Made by a program: the position numbers and the translations under genes. Below, piece by piece: positions 62,262 through 64,000 of a stretch of DNA of 64,000 nucleotides. The notes below the pieces were generated by a model that was not told the origin of the DNA, made no database searches, and saw only the letters and a program-made list of their open reading frames with translations. The stretch spans positions 64,001-128,000 of the forward strand of contig CAWBOC010000002.1 in the NCBI GenBank assembly GCA_963790305.1, read 5' to 3'. The DNA is from an uncultured Gemmatimonadaceae bacterium. GTDB taxonomy: Bacteria > Gemmatimonadota > Gemmatimonadetes > Gemmatimonadales > Gemmatimonadaceae. Position 1 is the first letter of the stretch, and every line of letters begins with the position of its first letter.

Positions 62262-63942
62262 CGGGAGTGACCCGCTGCAATACCGCGCCCTGGATATCGA
62301 CTGCCCATATCGCCGGCATGTCGCAGTAGTAGTAGTACCCGCACGACTGCTTGGTGAACGAGATGGTCTGCCCATCGGTGAGCCACGCCGGGTCGCTGTG
62401 GAACGAGTAGGTTTGCCAGCCGGTGGCAAGCCGTCTCTGGTTCGTTCCATCGGCGTTCATGACGAAAATGTCGTGGGTACAGCCATAGTAGCATTCGACC
62501 TCGCGCGTGAAAGCGATCATCGAGCCGTCAGGCGACCATGCTGGCGCCGCTTCCGCCGAATCGTTCTGGGTGAGACGAACGACGTTCGAGCCGTCCGCGT
62601 TCATCACATAGATCTCACCGGCAGGATGGTCGCGCGTACTCACGAAGGCGATCTTGCCAGTACTCGACCACGTCGGATTGATGTCGTCGGCATCGTTGGT
62701 GGTCAGCTGGGCCAACCCGGTACCGTCGGGGTTGATGACGTGGATCTCCCAGTTGACGGTCCGGTAGCTCTGGAAGGCGATCTTCTGTCCGTCCGGAGAC
62801 CAGGTGGGCGACTCATCGCCGCCGGCGCTGGTCGTGAGGCGTGTCGCGTTCGTTCCATCCTCGTCCATGACGTAGAGCTCAGGGTCGCCGGAGTGTCGGA
62901 GCGTCGTAAACGCGATCCGACCGGTCGAGGACCAGGCGGGCTCCCAGTCGACGTTTGGCGTCGTCGTCAGACGCACAAGGCCGGTGCCGTCCGAGCCCAT
63001 GATGTGGATGTCGTCGTCCCTCACGAATGCGAGGAGCCGAGGTGCTTCGCACGAGATCGCGAACGCCGCCTGGGCGGTGGCACCAGGATCCACAGCGAGC
63101 GTGTGAGCAGCGGCGCCGGCCACGCGGCAATTCGCGCTCAACCCCTGGATGCTGACTGTGTAATCAGGAGCGGGCCGCAGGCGCTCGAACGTCGCGGATG
63201 CGTTCGAGCCGACGGGAAGCGTTGCGGAGGACTCCAGACTTGGCGACCGCAGGTCGAGGGTGTACCCATCCGGGTCCGTGCCCCCACCTGACGTGGCGAC
63301 TGTCACCGCCAGATTGCCGAACCTGACGCAAACGATGGAGAACGCAACGTCCGCTGTGGCACCGATCGGCACGGTGGCGACGGCCGTCTGTGCGCCCGTG
63401 ATCGTGCAGTTGGTTGCGACGCCGTTGAGTGCAACCGTATGACTCCCTTCGCGAACCCCAGCGATCGTTGTCGTTCCGTTGACCGGAACAGCCTGATTGG
63501 GTACTCCGCCTATGACGGCGACGTAGCCGTCGGGGTCGAGGTCTGCTCCGGTGGTCACGGTCGTCAGGCGCACACTCCCCACACGCGCTGTGCACGCGAG
63601 CACGAACGTGATAACCGCGATCTGGTTGCGCTCCACCCTGACCTGTCGCGGGTTCGTGCTGGTGACCTGGCAATTCACGCTCATCCCCTCGAGCTCCACC
63701 TCGTAGGTGCCTGGGGCGAGATCCGGAATCCAGATCTGGAGGCGCCCCGAGTCCACTCGATGCACCGGCCCATTCGCGACGGTGATCTGCAGGTTTTGGG
63801 TGATGACATCCTGGCCGGATGGGAGAATCAGGACCTCGATGGCGCCGAAGTTGGGAGGTTCCGCCGGGTTGTCGCACGCTCCGGCGAGGATGAGCAGCGC
63901 AGCACCTAACGCCGTGGCGACGGGTCTGGACCAGGCTCGCAT
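62233..63942 (-). CDS. Lipoprotein with Ig-like repeats and TolB-like PD40 propeller
   Basis: Lipobox LAGAC; repeated TTG.D.DPDGY/NC.V modules; P.WSPDG/WSSTG and IYVMNADG repeats. Confidence 0.85.
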   Translation of the reverse strand: MRAWSRPVATALGAALLILAGACDNPAEPPNFGAIEVLILPSGQDVITQNLQITVANGPVHRVDSGRLQIWIPDLAPGTYEVELEGMSVNCQVTSTNPRQVRVERNQIAVITFVLACTARVGSVRLTTVTTGADLDPDGYVAVIGGVPNQAVPVNGTTTIAGVREGSHTVALNGVATNCTITGAQTAVATVPIGATADVAFSIVCVRFGNLAVTVATSGGGTDPDGYTLDLRSPSLESSATLPVGSNASATFERLRPAPDYTVSIQGLSANCRVAGAAAHTLAVDPGATAQAAFAISCEAPRLLAFVRDDDIHIMGSDGTGLVRLTTTPNVDWEPAWSSTGRIAFTTLRHSGDPELYVMDEDGTNATRLTTSAGGDESPTWSPDGQKIAFQSYRTVNWEIHVINPDGTGLAQLTTNDADDINPTWSSTGKIAFVSTRDHPAGEIYVMNADGSNVVRLTQNDSAEAAPAWSPDGSMIAFTREVECYYGCTHDIFVMNADGTNQRRLATGWQTYSFHSDPAWLTDGQTISFTKQSCGYYYYCDMPAIWAVDIQGAVLQRVTPDGRSAVWKP

Positions 63943-64000
63943 GAGCCCTCCGCGAAGGGACATTTTTTAGAGCGGGAACGGACGTGCGCCGGGTGGTGGC

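Overview
High-GC (about two-thirds by eye), gene-dense bacterial chromosome segment. It is most likely Gemmatimonadota, inferred from the SusC/SusD pair in a high-GC background, many lipoproteins with PD40/Ig domains and a Ser/Thr kinase operon. About 55 CDSs can be supported, including dinB, an M48 peptidase, a TPP-enzyme/GMC operon, a sigma-54 two-component pair, a PI-PLC-like lipoprotein, peptidase E, SusC/D, two cyclophilins, a penicillin acylase, cysK, an S9 peptidase, an ECF sigma module, an ArsR/SRPBCC pair, a kinase operon and a UvrD helicase with an inserted DEDDh exonuclease. No rRNA, tRNA, CRISPR array, transposase or integrase was recognised. The most unusual signals are non-genic. 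(1) A non-palindromic motif (C)GTTAGG(C) occurs about 30 times by hand count, mostly inside genes via rare TTA/CTA/AGG codons. (2) Seven intergenic hairpins are built from inverted arrays of 9-bp or 7-bp tandem repeats and abut start and stop codons; one is a roughly 206-236 bp fold-back with strand-biased G-U pairs. (3) A decayed 21.5-24.7 kb patch holds three pseudogenes and a degenerate attC-like site. Three large genes carry single 1-bp frameshifts that may be sequencing errors. All counts are manual and no database searches were run.
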